Part shown: piece after piece, positions 40,134 through 50,302 of the stretch
How the letters are laid out: each line of letters opens with the position of its first letter
Position numbering within the stretch: position 1 is the stretch's first letter
Source of the DNA: Escherichia coli
GTDB lineage: Bacteria > Pseudomonadota > Gammaproteobacteria > Enterobacterales > Enterobacteriaceae
Direction: 5' to 3' (one strand)
Assembly: GCF_030384885.1 (NCBI RefSeq)
Contig: NZ_CP128614.1
DNA length: 64,000 nt
Notes under the pieces: model-generated
Database searches by the model: none
Told to the model about the DNA's origin: nothing
The model's input: only the letters and a program-made list of their open reading frames with translations
Position numbers and translations under genes: made by a program

Positions 40134-41315
40134 ATGTTAAGCAGTAAAAAAAGGAAGTCCCCTACAAATATCAAAGAATCGCTCAATGATAACGCTGACC
40201 GTTTTTATAAGATGTTTCGCATTCATACCACGGCAAAAGTTGCTATGTCGCTAATTGCCATGACCGCTGTAGGGTTTTCTTTCTACAATCTTTACGAACA
40301 ATGGCAGGACGCTGAAGGGAAGAAAGACCATATAGCTGTAATACGGATTTCTGGCGAGATGGGTACCGGCTCGGAAACGGGCGATGGAACAGTGATCGCA
40401 ACAGCTCTTGCCAAAGCTTACAATAATCCCCATGCCAAAGCAGTTATTATCGAGGCAGAGTCAGGTGGTGGTGGTCCCTCTGACGCCATCATTATTTACC
40501 GCCAGATAAACGCGCTTAAAAACCACCAGCCACAGATTGAACGCGTATCAGATGCCGGTTGCTCTCTTTCATCTGTAGCCGCTGACAAGAGTAACAAAAC
40601 CGGGAGCACAGAACGTGGCGATGAAGCACGGTCGAAGCAAAACTCCCTCGAAGTACTCTCCAGCGGTACCGGTCGTTTTTTCTCTGATATCGCAGACTCA
40701 TATAAACCAATCATCGTTAGTGTGAAAGGCATATGCGCATCCGCATGCTATTACGCGGTATCGCCCGCTGATGCAATTTATGCCGACAGTAATGCCCTGA
40801 TCGGTTCTATCGGTGTGCGTATGGACCACTGGAATCTGTCAGAGATCATGAGCACAGTAGGCGTCAAGAATGAGCCCCTTACGGCCGGTGAGTTCAAAGA
40901 TGCTCTTGACCCCTTCCACCCATTGTCCGATTCAACGAGGGAGTTCATGCAGAAGGAGATCCTGAACACGATGCATGAAAAATTTATAACTGATGTTGAA
41001 CTTGGACGGGGTAAAAAGCTTCTCTCGCGTCATGATGCCGATGCTGTTTCTCTCTATTCAGGCCGTGTATGGCCAACACCTCAGGCAGTTAAGTACGGCC
41101 TGGTGGATGGAGATCTTACGTCAGTAGAGATCCGTACACGTCTTTCAAAAATGTACTCCACTGACACGTTCAAAAACTACAATGAGCCTCATCGTAATCT
41201 CCGTTCTGCACTCGGCATGCTGATGAGCCTGTCTTCAAATATTGAGAGCCTTACCGGTACCACTACCCGCTTGGTAGAATCTGTTAATGCCACCAGCTAC
41301 CCCTCTGTGAGGTAA
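40134..41315 (+). CDS. S49-family (SppA-like) serine peptidase with N-terminal membrane anchor
   Basis: 393-aa ORF; ClpP/crotonase-fold motifs (…AKAVIIEAESGGGGPSDA…SVKGICASACYYAVSPAD…). Confidence 0.55.
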   Translation: MLSSKKRKSPTNIKESLNDNADRFYKMFRIHTTAKVAMSLIAMTAVGFSFYNLYEQWQDAEGKKDHIAVIRISGEMGTGSETGDGTVIATALAKAYNNPHAKAVIIEAESGGGGPSDAIIIYRQINALKNHQPQIERVSDAGCSLSSVAADKSNKTGSTERGDEARSKQNSLEVLSSGTGRFFSDIADSYKPIIVSVKGICASACYYAVSPADAIYADSNALIGSIGVRMDHWNLSEIMSTVGVKNEPLTAGEFKDALDPFHPLSDSTREFMQKEILNTMHEKFITDVELGRGKKLLSRHDADAVSLYSGRVWPTPQAVKYGLVDGDLTSVEIRTRLSKMYSTDTFKNYNEPHRNLRSALGMLMSLSSNIESLTGTTTRLVESVNATSYPSVR

Positions 41316-41316
41316 C

Positions 41317-42048
41317 ATGGATGCTTTCAATCTGCTGTGGAGCATTACGGGGGTAGCTTTCATTATCCTTATTTTCGTCGTGTTGCTGTGTCTGTTGGGT
41401 TTTATGACCTCTGCCATAGCGGAACGGCGGACTGCAAAGGCAATTGAATCTGGGCTTCCTGAAGAAGCTCAGGGGCTACTTAGTGATCTCACCTTTCAGT
41501 TGTCGGCTCATAGCACTACTCAGGTTGATCACATTCTCGTAGCCCCACATGGTATATACGTCATAGAGCAGAAAAACTACGTAGGCAAGCTCTACGGTAC
41601 TCTGGAGGAAAGCCACTGGCGGAAATGGACTCAGTCCCGAACCCTCAAGTTGCAGAACCCGTTTAAGCAAAACCAGGGGCACATCAGGGCTATTCAGTCT
41701 GCTCTTAAGGCTAGAGAACTGGAATGTATCAATGTCGTCATCATAAACGGACGTTGTAAGTTTGATGGCATCAAGCCGGAATGGTTATGTATGGGGATGG
41801 ACGATTTTATCCATAAAGTCAAACAACGACGAGGGCTACGGTTGTTCACACCGGAGTCTGTTCAGCACATCTGTTCGGTGTTGAAGTCAACAAGGAAGTC
41901 GCCAGGGCTCTATACGGACCTTACTCATATTCACAACATAACGACAAAGTACAAAGCCCCGATGAAATTCGAGCAACGAGTAACATACATTCTGCTCAAC
42001 TTTATCCATTATCTGTGGGCAAGTCTGTTCACTAAGCAGAAGCCTTAG
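41317..42048 (+). CDS. NERD-domain (nuclease-related) membrane-anchored protein
   Basis: 243-aa ORF with N-terminal TM helix and NERD-like motif (VDHILVAPHGIYVIEQKNYVGKLYG); start 2 bp after the peptidase stop. Confidence 0.55.
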   Translation: MDAFNLLWSITGVAFIILIFVVLLCLLGFMTSAIAERRTAKAIESGLPEEAQGLLSDLTFQLSAHSTTQVDHILVAPHGIYVIEQKNYVGKLYGTLEESHWRKWTQSRTLKLQNPFKQNQGHIRAIQSALKARELECINVVIINGRCKFDGIKPEWLCMGMDDFIHKVKQRRGLRLFTPESVQHICSVLKSTRKSPGLYTDLTHIHNITTKYKAPMKFEQRVTYILLNFIHYLWASLFTKQKP

Positions 42049-42083
42049 CGCTCTATCATTGGTAAGGCTGTAAAATGTCTGCA

Positions 42084-42120
42084 AAAGGCCCCATCGGTAA
42101 ATTGTTGGGGCTTTTTCTTT
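42084..42120 (+). terminator. Rho-independent terminator ending the relaxase/T4CP operon
   Basis: Hairpin GGCCCCA…TGGGGC followed by TTTTTCTTT just after the NERD gene stop. Confidence 0.55.
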
Positions 42121-42334
42121 GCGTAGTTCTGATACGGTTTATCCTGTGGAGCATTATGGCCACCAGCCAGCTGGTGACTGGCCAACGCTTTGTATGACGT
42201 AGCCTACTCAGGGCAGGCTATTTTAGAGGGACCGATTTTTATCCGGGCTAATTTAGAAAGAGATAATTTGAACTTAGGCGGGCTGACCACCAGCAGAGAG
42301 GTAAATCACTAGCCGGTGATATTGACAGAAGTCG

Positions 42335-42697
42335 TCAGGGGTTTAACGCCGGAATATTTTGCCAGGCCTCCTGCAAGGTCTGCAAGACTTCTACAAGTGA
42401 TAGTGACGGCCACAGGACTGTTTCCGTCATTATCACTCCAGGTGGCTCGCACTCTACTGGTACCAGAATTAAAACAACACGAGTTCCTTTTACCTGGTAG
42501 GCAAGGTTTACTGCCGGTTGGCGGTAGGAGGCCAGTACACCCTCACCATATTGAGCAGGGTTACTTGCCCAGTTCCGCACCATTGCATACACCTGAGGCA
42601 TATACCGACTATCCAGATCCCCTTTGGGCCGTCTGAACGGCACGATTTCTTCTGAGCGGTAGGTGGTCGTTGTTGTATTGGTTGTCATCTTTGTCAC
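42335..42697 (-). CDS. Hypothetical protein
   Basis: 120-aa ORF with Thr-rich N-terminus. Confidence 0.35.
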   Translation of the reverse strand: MTKMTTNTTTTTYRSEEIVPFRRPKGDLDSRYMPQVYAMVRNWASNPAQYGEGVLASYRQPAVNLAYQVKGTRVVLILVPVECEPPGVIMTETVLWPSLSLVEVLQTLQEAWQNIPALNP

Positions 42698-42753
42698 CTC
42701 CCCTGTTCGTCCATTTAGAGTTTTAAGCTGCTTTACACATCACACTCAACTGA

Positions 42754-43038
42754 TTATTTAAGCTGGTCATCGTCTCTGGCCAGCATAGCCCAACCATTCG
42801 ACTGGTTTTCGCGGGAGTAAGGATTCATTTCAAAATAACTATCTACCGCGTCGCTGTCCGCAACAGAACTGTTGTTAGCTCTCTTTGAACCCTGAACCAC
42901 TACAGCATCAACCTCTGCGGCTTTCCCGTTGCGCTGTACCAGGATTTTAACCGTCTTGGGCTTACGTCTTGCGAGCAGTTTGTTGGCGATAAAAAGCACA
43001 ACAATCCAGGCCAAAAGCACGTATAAAAATTTATTCAT
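42754..43038 (-). CDS. Small membrane protein
   Basis: 94-aa ORF with N-terminal TM helix. Confidence 0.4.
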   Translation of the reverse strand: MNKFLYVLLAWIVVLFIANKLLARRKPKTVKILVQRNGKAAEVDAVVVQGSKRANNSSVADSDAVDSYFEMNPYSRENQSNGWAMLARDDDQLK

Positions 43039-43201
43039 AATGCCCTCCTTTGTATGTGATTATTATACCTGCTTCCATTGCAGGCCAAACAGGTTCGGTG
43101 TATGAAAAATAGACTTCTCTCCGGCGTATAGCAATCTACTTACTGATCTGTTTTCGTATCAAACTGTATGGCATAACCGAGGGGCGTACGTGGTGAGTCA
43201 G

Positions 43202-43212
43202 AAAGTTACTTT
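43202..43212. repeat. Palindrome AAAGTTACTTT, copy i (intergenic)
   Basis: Read directly (CAGAAAGTTACTTTTCCG). Confidence 0.6.
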
Positions 43213-43394
43213 TCCGTAATAGTTAATTTCAGATCCTTCTTCCAGTTACGCTTCAGTATAAAACCGATACCCTCTAATTCAGCATCCTTCACGTTTAATA
43301 CGCTTCACTTTAAGGCAGGGCTTTTCGGTTGATATGAATTCTTTTTCCGGTTGCTGGACATGGGTTTCATCCTGATAGTTAAAATTGCAGGCTA

Positions 43395-43697
43395 TCAGTC
43401 ACCACCACCACCTCCTCCTCCTCCTCCTCCACCGCCACCATCACAACCACCAGCTATGCTATTTTCACCATTACAATCACCTCCGAGGGGGTTCAAATGG
43501 CTGCTCCCCTGTAGATGGTGTCCTTGCCAGATCGAACCCGAACCAGCGCCTCCTGAGCGTCTTTGCTTGCCCTGAGGCAATTGTGCAGGCTCACCAGCAC
43601 CGGCGGTCCCAAAAATGTCCCGGGCAATTTTATAAAGAAGGTAAAAAGGTACGCCCAGCATCATAAAAAAGATTACTGAAAATATTACACGTTCCAT
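43395..43697 (-). CDS. Small membrane protein with C-terminal poly-glycine tail
   Basis: 100-aa ORF with N-terminal TM helix; C-terminus G13 encoded by the trinucleotide repeat. Confidence 0.35.
   Translation of the reverse strand: MERVIFSVIFFMMLGVPFYLLYKIARDIFGTAGAGEPAQLPQGKQRRSGGAGSGSIWQGHHLQGSSHLNPLGGDCNGENSIAGGCDGGGGGGGGGGGGGD
43402..43437 (+). repeat. Trinucleotide simple-sequence repeat (CCA)3(CCT)6
   Basis: Tract accaccacca cctcctcctcctcctcct read directly; in-frame within the 43395..43697 ORF. Confidence 0.8.
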
Positions 43698-44129
43698 TGA
43701 TGATCTCCTGTCTTGTGAGAGACCAGTTATATCAGGGTGATTCAGTATTTCCGTTTAGAAAAGAGTACTAATTTGGCCCTGTTCGATCTTAATTTGCCAT
43801 CCGGGAAAAAGTCATAGGGATAGGCCTGCCAGAGTCAATAACTTCCAGTGATCTGGAGGAGACCCCGGCTCTCTGAGCCCTCATGGATGGTACGGCTTTA
43901 CCCCCTGTAAACAGATTCACGTTCCGCAGGACAAACATCGACTACTGACGTCTCATATTTGCTGACGCTAATCCGACGTCTCATTGCCGTCTGCTTGTTT
44001 TCTTTAAAGGGTGTATTAGACGAATATCAAATCGGAATGGTAGGGGATGTGTGGGCACCATGCCCGGCCCTCTTTGAGCATCTGAGAGATTGGAGACCTA
44101 GCCGGGTAAGATAGCTACTTTCTTACGGG

Positions 44130-44498
44130 TTACCCTTCAAATCCAAAGACGAAACGGACGCTGCCGTTCTCCACGTGGAGACGCTTTACTTCTTCGACAA
44201 ATTCCTGGATCACCTCTCCGGCGTTATCGGGTGGTATGGCTGACAAAATTTCTTCCGAAGTCAGCCATGAGTATGAATGTTCACCGAATAAATCATCATC
44301 TTCGGACGGTATATCATCAGGTAATCCGCGTAATGCGTGGATAAAAACTGCTGATGTGCTCGCCCTTTCACGATCTACATCAAATCCGAGCCAGGCAAAG
44401 TGGAGATATGATCGGTCCCCTTTATAATTGCTTGATAAATTAATCCATTTACCAGGCTTTTCTTCCCTTTGAAATCGCCAGCAGATATCAACGCCCAT
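44130..44498 (-). CDS. Hypothetical protein
   Basis: 122-aa ORF. Confidence 0.4.
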   Translation of the reverse strand: MGVDICWRFQREEKPGKWINLSSNYKGDRSYLHFAWLGFDVDRERASTSAVFIHALRGLPDDIPSEDDDLFGEHSYSWLTSEEILSAIPPDNAGEVIQEFVEEVKRLHVENGSVRFVFGFEG

Positions 44499-44662
44499 TA
44501 AGAAACTCCATTACTATCGTTCGTATGAGATAACTATCATTTCAGAATACTATGACTTCTTCCCGTATAGAACTAATCGCTCACGCCAACTGGGCGAAGC
44601 CAACCGGTTCCGCCACTTCGCTCATTGGTTTTTAGGCGTAAGCACTGAAGCCAGTCTCCATG

Positions 44663-45205
44663 CTAACTGGCGAGCCTGCGAAAGTCAGACTCGTTGTTAT
44701 AAAGCGGCATATCGTAAGCGGTGTCTGAAATGAACATGCGGATCTGCTCAAGCGTCATGCCACAATGAAAACGGTTTACGCTCACATTGGCCCGGGGGAA
44801 GTCAGCACAAAACGCATTCAAAACATTTTCATGGACAATGCCAATGTTGATCAACGCAGCTGGCCCGTTGTCACGGAAGGATACGACACGGAATCCCCCA
44901 TACCAGCCTGAATGGGAGAAAAATGAAAATGCGCCGGATGCCAGACCATTAGACAGGTCATAGCGCAATTTCCCGCACAGAGACTGGCTGTCTTTGCTGT
45001 ACACGCGATTAATGAAAATACCGGGACCAACTTCTACCGGCTGCTTGTTGCTTGCTAAACACGGAAAGCCCACCAGCGAAACCTCCCTTTCTCCTGACCA
45101 GTTTACCTGATACCCGGCAGTGAGAAAGTCCGTCAGTTCTACGCCAGAAAGAGCATTAATGGCCGCGATATCGGTAGTCAAAATATTTACGTTTTTCATA
45201 TTCAT
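44663..45205 (-). CDS. Hypothetical protein
   Basis: 180-aa ORF. Confidence 0.45.
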   Translation of the reverse strand: MNMKNVNILTTDIAAINALSGVELTDFLTAGYQVNWSGEREVSLVGFPCLASNKQPVEVGPGIFINRVYSKDSQSLCGKLRYDLSNGLASGAFSFFSHSGWYGGFRVVSFRDNGPAALINIGIVHENVLNAFCADFPRANVSVNRFHCGMTLEQIRMFISDTAYDMPLYNNESDFRRLAS

Positions 45206-45266
45206 CTCATCTTTATTCTAAAGTGCGTTTTTTGTCTATCAGCCCGAGGATTGAAAATTTGAATAT

Positions 45267-45704
45267 TTAATGTGACAGATAAATACCTGTCACTTTTTCA
45301 AAAACAGCCTGTAATTGAATATCGAGAGAGTTCATTTTAAAATCCACCAGCTCAGCTTTATTATCGCAAACCAAATAAAAATAGGAGTCAAATGCGTCTG
45401 TATCTTCATCTTTAAAAATACGGAAGGAATTAATTTTATCATGCCCTTCAAATTCGGCATGAATACCATAGCGAACCGAGCCGTCATCGAACTGAACAAC
45501 CCGTCGTACAGAATTAATCCGGACGTACTGTTTTAAGGCCCTCGCGAAATCGGCATTTAACGCCAACGCTCGTAAGATTGAATCAGCGGTTTCATTCTGC
45601 TTTTTACGATCGTATTCAAATATCCCACAGCCGGTGTTACGAAAGACCGGCTGAAGAGCATTAACCAGGTTGAAGGAATCCACGTTTCTGTCGTTTCTGT
45701 ACAT
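45267..45704 (-). CDS. Hypothetical protein
   Basis: 145-aa ORF. Confidence 0.4.
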   Translation of the reverse strand: MYRNDRNVDSFNLVNALQPVFRNTGCGIFEYDRKKQNETADSILRALALNADFARALKQYVRINSVRRVVQFDDGSVRYGIHAEFEGHDKINSFRIFKDEDTDAFDSYFYLVCDNKAELVDFKMNSLDIQLQAVFEKVTGIYLSH

Positions 45705-45748
45705 GAGATATCTCCTGCCCCTCCGCTATACGAAGGGGCTTGATAGGG

Positions 45749-46045
45749 TTACTGCCAGGCTGCGATCACTTCTTCGCACTGGAAATGAGATAAGCACTGC
45801 TGGAGTAGAAGAGCCAGCACCGCTGTGTTAGGGACGCGATTGTTACACCACGCGTTGAAAAGCAGCTGCCATGGACCGGCATAATACCCGGCCAGTTTCT
45901 TTTTTTGTTTAGCTGTACGGCAGCGGGAAATGGCCTGCTGATAAAGGCTTTCATTCTCATCACCAGCCCGTTTTTGCAGAGTGCGATAAATATACGAATA
46001 AAGACTGTCAGAACAGTTTGAAGCGTACGCCAGTTGTTTTTTCAT
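45749..46045 (-). CDS. Hypothetical protein
   Basis: 98-aa ORF. Confidence 0.35.
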   Translation of the reverse strand: MKKQLAYASNCSDSLYSYIYRTLQKRAGDENESLYQQAISRCRTAKQKKKLAGYYAGPWQLLFNAWCNNRVPNTAVLALLLQQCLSHFQCEEVIAAWQ

Positions 46046-46165
46046 AATACCTCCTGTTTAGAAGTATTATATGTAAACAGCCTCAGCGGCTAATAACCCG
46101 TAGCAATATAATTTGCATTTTTTCTATTTCTGAAGACGCTTTTTAAATTAATATTTACTGAGTTA

Positions 46166-46444
46166 TCACAACTTATTATTCTTCCCGTCTGCTGTTTTAT
46201 TAATCCCCCAGTTAGTAATCACGCCAAGTCGGCGCAATTTTTCACGTTGTTCATAAATAAAAAAATCGCCAAGGCAGTCTTTTAAAACTTCACTATCCTG
46301 ATATTTTATTTTTTGAAGCATCCTCGCAACTATGGCGCGTTTCAGGAATATGGCTGCATCAGACTCAAGCATTTGTGAGGACTGTCTGACGGTCTCCTGC
46401 ATGTCGACGATACTGCTGAGCTTTCGTCTGACCACGCTTAGCAT
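46166..46444 (-). CDS. Hypothetical protein
   Basis: 92-aa ORF. Confidence 0.35.
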   Translation of the reverse strand: MLSVVRRKLSSIVDMQETVRQSSQMLESDAAIFLKRAIVARMLQKIKYQDSEVLKDCLGDFFIYEQREKLRRLGVITNWGINKTADGKNNKL

Positions 46445-46628
46445 AGTGTCCGGGAACCGCTTAGCGGCTGAATGTAACCCGCAACAACGTTACGCATTGT
46501 TTTACTCACTGCAATTTTCCATTTAAGTCTGTTTGTTCCACCAGCTGCTAACATCAGCGTTATTCATCCTGAGGTTTCGCCCGCGATTGACAGATCAGAG
46601 GCAGCATGGATGAAATTGCCAGAGTAGA

Positions 46629-46910
46629 TCACTGCATACGCGAATAGTGGTTTGTATTCAGTTCTGCGTTTGCCTGCTTTTCCAGTGCTGTCATAACCCG
46701 GCGGAGCATCGCCAGAGCCTGAACAGGCGAGCTCCCAAACTGCACTTTCACTTCAGCCGTATCATGATCCTGAATCAGGTCGAGTATATTCACTTCGATC
46801 CCTGCCCCGTTTTCATCTTTTGCCGTGCACTGAATACTTACCCGGGTCACCGAATCCGTCAGGACTGGCAGTGGGTTAGTTTTGTCTACGTTGATAACAG
46901 CCTTCTTCAT
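46629..46910 (-). CDS. Hypothetical protein downstream of the ParB-like gene
   Basis: 93-aa ORF. Confidence 0.4.
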   Translation of the reverse strand: MKKAVINVDKTNPLPVLTDSVTRVSIQCTAKDENGAGIEVNILDLIQDHDTAEVKVQFGSSPVQALAMLRRVMTALEKQANAELNTNHYSRMQ

Positions 46911-46975
46911 TGCCCTGTTTCCCCTTGTCCTGAAAAAGTTACCGACCCGTCCGGATGGAGGGGTCGGTCAGAAAA

Positions 46976-48160
46976 TCATGACTGTCCCTTGTTCATCTTA
47001 TCAGCATGCTTACGCAGGTACTCTTTCAGGTCAGCATGAGCGTTGATGATATCGTTCATTTCATCATTGGTCAGAACAAGCGTGTAAGTATCAGTACTGA
47101 CAGATTCACCTTCTTTAAGCTTGGCTTCTTCAGCAATACGTTCAAAAATCGGGATCGCGGTGTCTGCAATGACGGTCACAGTCTTTTTGTTCAGAACGCT
47201 GGACATGGAAGGTGCTTTACCTGCCGGGTTCTGTTTAGGAGCGCTGTCCTTTGGAGCTGGAGCCGGTTCCTGTACCGGTGGCGTATCCAGCGTCTCCGTA
47301 TTGCTTTCATCGTTCAGTTGATCCGGTACCGGGGTGTTATCGGTAGTATCATCTGCCGGTTGCTCAGCACCGATGTTTTCCGGAGTCTGCGGATCTGCCA
47401 TGCGCTCTTCTACCTTGGCAGCTTTGACGAATTTCAGCGTGTTTTTCGTCGCCTTGCCATAGATGGAGATCGCTTTGTTGATGTTATCTACCGCATCCTC
47501 ACCGCTGTACATATACTCGTCCAGTGCAACGTACATGCTCACCTGATCGCTCACAAGCATGGTCTGTAGTTCAGAAGGCAGGTCCAGTACGCGAACCATC
47601 TGGCGAAGATGCTGCTCTGATTTACCACGTTTTTTTGCCAGTTCCGCAAAGGTCTTAGGCTCTTCTTTATCTTCAACCAGACGCTTAATTGAAAGCGCTT
47701 CAGCTACGACAGACAGCGCCAGGTTGGAGTTGCCGGTCAGGGTGAAGAGTTCTGCTTTTGAAGCGCTACCGCGAAACTCTTCGCAGCGAATACGAGTAAT
47801 GCGTTCACGCCCTTCTGCTTCCAGCTGGCGGTTTGCAATAGCGATGGAACGGATACGGCAAGCCCCCTGACGCAGTACAGGTACGCCATTAACCATCTGA
47901 ACAACGATAGGCGTCACGCTGAACGGGTCTTCCATGTAGGCATCGGCCAGGCTGTTCAGGTGTTCCACAACGTGAGGCATTGAATAGTAGAGCTCGCCCA
48001 TACCGGCCGTGCGGGTGTTAAAGCCTTCCTGCTCTACAACAACCGAAGGGTCAATGATAAGGCCGTTGCCTTTACGGGCACCGTTACCAGTGCGTTCCAG
48101 GTAACCACGAAGGCTGATTTCGTTGCTGTTGTTTTTTACTTCAGTTTCGATTGCGGACAT
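46976..48160 (-). CDS. ParB/KorB-like protein (ParB N-terminal nuclease-like domain, HTH, Pro/Glu-rich linker)
   Basis: 394-aa ORF; ParB-box-like stretch (…VPVLRQGACRIRSIAIANRQ…) and a low-complexity acidic/proline linker; one palindrome copy lies ~90 bp upstream of the start. Confidence 0.5.
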   Translation of the reverse strand: MSAIETEVKNNSNEISLRGYLERTGNGARKGNGLIIDPSVVVEQEGFNTRTAGMGELYYSMPHVVEHLNSLADAYMEDPFSVTPIVVQMVNGVPVLRQGACRIRSIAIANRQLEAEGRERITRIRCEEFRGSASKAELFTLTGNSNLALSVVAEALSIKRLVEDKEEPKTFAELAKKRGKSEQHLRQMVRVLDLPSELQTMLVSDQVSMYVALDEYMYSGEDAVDNINKAISIYGKATKNTLKFVKAAKVEERMADPQTPENIGAEQPADDTTDNTPVPDQLNDESNTETLDTPPVQEPAPAPKDSAPKQNPAGKAPSMSSVLNKKTVTVIADTAIPIFERIAEEAKLKEGESVSTDTYTLVLTNDEMNDIINAHADLKEYLRKHADKMNKGQS

Positions 48161-48250
48161 TTTTGTTCTCTTTTTTGGTTGGTTGTTTAACTGCGCTACA
48201 ACACAACAATACCAGGTTCGACATTTTTCCTAATAGGTTGCGGAGAAGAA

Positions 48251-48261
48251 AAAGTAACTTT
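48251..48261. repeat. Palindrome AAAGTAACTTT, copy j (upstream of ParB-like gene)
   Basis: Read directly (GAAAAAGTAACTTTTTTT). Confidence 0.6.
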
Positions 48262-48376
48262 TTTTAAAAATTTTCCTGAGGCAATACTACTCGATCCGTC
48301 CGTTTTAAATCTTCACAACAGTGGGCCGTTTTTACGTTTAAGCAAAATAACTGGTTCAGAAGGTGACTCAGAGAGA

Positions 48377-48387
48377 AAAGTTACTTT
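48377..48387. repeat. Palindrome AAAGTTACTTT, copy k (intergenic)
   Basis: Read directly (GAAAAGTTACTTTTCCGG). Confidence 0.6.
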
Positions 48388-49261
48388 TCCGGTTGTCTGG
48401 GCCAGTGATGGGAGAGTGGCAGGACAGGAATGGCTAAACCGGTGCGGGTCTCTTGTAAGTCGCAGGGGATTCAGGAGATATAGAGGTAAACTGGTACGTT
48501 CAGTTTTTGGATTGAGCCGGGCTTTTGGCCCGGGCTTAAGGAAGCAGAAATTTGAACGAACTGGCAGGTAATGCTTTATGCCGCCGACAGCTGGCCGTCA
48601 GTGCTTTGCTGTTCTGGTTTGACAGTTGGGGGATAACCGGCAGTTAGCCGCTGGCATTCCGCATCACAGAAAGCCCTGAGGTTGCTGAAGACGGACTCCA
48701 TGAAATCAGCATGAGCATACGAGTCTACAGGACGTGTCTTGTTATCTTTCATCTTGTTCTCCTCAATCATTATTAAAACCAGCGGATTTAGTTTCTGGCG
48801 CTCCATCTGCTGACCGGCTTTCCCAGAGAGCAGCGATGTGTCGGGTTCTTTTTCTCATTTTATCGTTTTCATCGGGCCCATCCGGGCGTATAAGAGACCG
48901 ATTTGGCATGTTTAGGAAACGTACTGGCGTAATTAAAAGCTGAGGTTGGATTTGGAATAAAAGGATGCTTTTCCCGTTTGTCGGGTCTTTCGCCACCGCT
49001 GCACGATGATTCTGTCAGGCATTCTGCGCCCTCCCAGGCTGCACATCTGGAAACAAGCGTTGGGATGTTCCCTTCCCCTGCTCACCGTAGAAAGATCGGC
49101 AAGTCCCGACGGTCGTTCCGTACGAGCCGGGTCCAAATAATGAATAAATAAAACGCCGCTTCAATTGTATTGACAATAGAAGTCAGGAGGATCATAGTGT
49201 CATTCATGGTGCGGCTTTCGCACCACCGCCCCGGCGGTACCGGGCAGAACTGGAGTACCTC

Positions 49262-50206
49262 ATGAAACTTTCCCGTCAGACGACTTCTGATACTTCTGTT
49301 GATGGCCGTTCACGCGCATATGCCTGGGGCCGTGTCCATTATTTCATTATCGAACATGCACCAATGGCTGAGCTGGTCGCTATTGACGAGCTGCTGGAAA
49401 AAGCTGGCTGGAGCAATGACGGCTGTCCGAACTATGAGAAAGATGACGAGTTTGGTAATGCTGGTTACAGCTGTGGTTACTGGATCGATATTGACAGCGT
49501 GGGAAGCTTCAAGGCTGACTACAAACGTCTTAAGGGGGAGATTAGTGCGCATATCGCCTCAAAGGCGGCAGAGGTGGAGATCCGCGTACTGGACTCGATG
49601 TCCGACAAAGAATGTAAAGATGTTGCCTCGGTGGCATCTACTGTTCGCCGTGACTTACGTACGCAGTCCGAATCGCTTCATTCACTGCGTACAATCGTAA
49701 CGGTTGATCATTACAATCCCTATGTGACCACCAGCCGCCCGCTGAGCATTTCCGCCTGGACACTTATCCACGACTGTCTGAAAACAGGCACCATCAATGA
49801 CGTCTGTTCACGGTTGAGTTCATTAATCCTGCACTCTGAAGCCGCGATTGCCCGTTGTAAGGGAAGCTCCGACTACTCTTCGGAACACGCTCAGCTATCG
49901 TTTTTTGCTGGTAACGACTATGTCACCAGACGCACCCTTGTTGATGCAGCTCACGAAGAGGCTCTGCGAATGAACCGCCGCTTTGATGAACGCATTGCAA
50001 TGAACGCGGATTCTGATGCCAGAAGGCTCCAGTGCGAATTCAACCTTAGCAACCATGTCGTACAGCGTAGGACCGTTGAATCTGCTCATATCCAGGCACT
50101 CAATGAAGACGTCACCCGTTCACAGGCGGAACCACGCTGCCCTGGAAAGCTTCTTCTGAATATGACCAGTCATGAGGAAGTGCGGGACTCACTGAGCGCC
50201 TGTTAG
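49262..50206 (+). CDS. Hypothetical protein
   Basis: 314-aa ORF, first of four co-directional ORFs. Confidence 0.45.
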   Translation: MKLSRQTTSDTSVDGRSRAYAWGRVHYFIIEHAPMAELVAIDELLEKAGWSNDGCPNYEKDDEFGNAGYSCGYWIDIDSVGSFKADYKRLKGEISAHIASKAAEVEIRVLDSMSDKECKDVASVASTVRRDLRTQSESLHSLRTIVTVDHYNPYVTTSRPLSISAWTLIHDCLKTGTINDVCSRLSSLILHSEAAIARCKGSSDYSSEHAQLSFFAGNDYVTRRTLVDAAHEEALRMNRRFDERIAMNADSDARRLQCEFNLSNHVVQRRTVESAHIQALNEDVTRSQAEPRCPGKLLLNMTSHEEVRDSLSAC

Positions 50207-50302
50207 TCCAGCGACACCCCCTGCGGCTCTACTACCGGGCCGCAGTCTGCTCCTGCCCAGATGGTGCCAGTGGTGTAATGAATTTGTTTAATAAGGCTAA
50301 GT

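Noticed and set aside
43351-43575. Poly-proline ORF on the plus strand over the trinucleotide repeat
   Set aside because: Either strand could be coding; the minus-strand frame was preferred because of its N-terminal transmembrane helix, but neither is proven.
48576-48806. 76-aa minus-strand ORF within the 1.1-kb intergenic region
   Set aside because: Short, no motif, and lying in a probable regulatory region; insufficient evidence for a gene.
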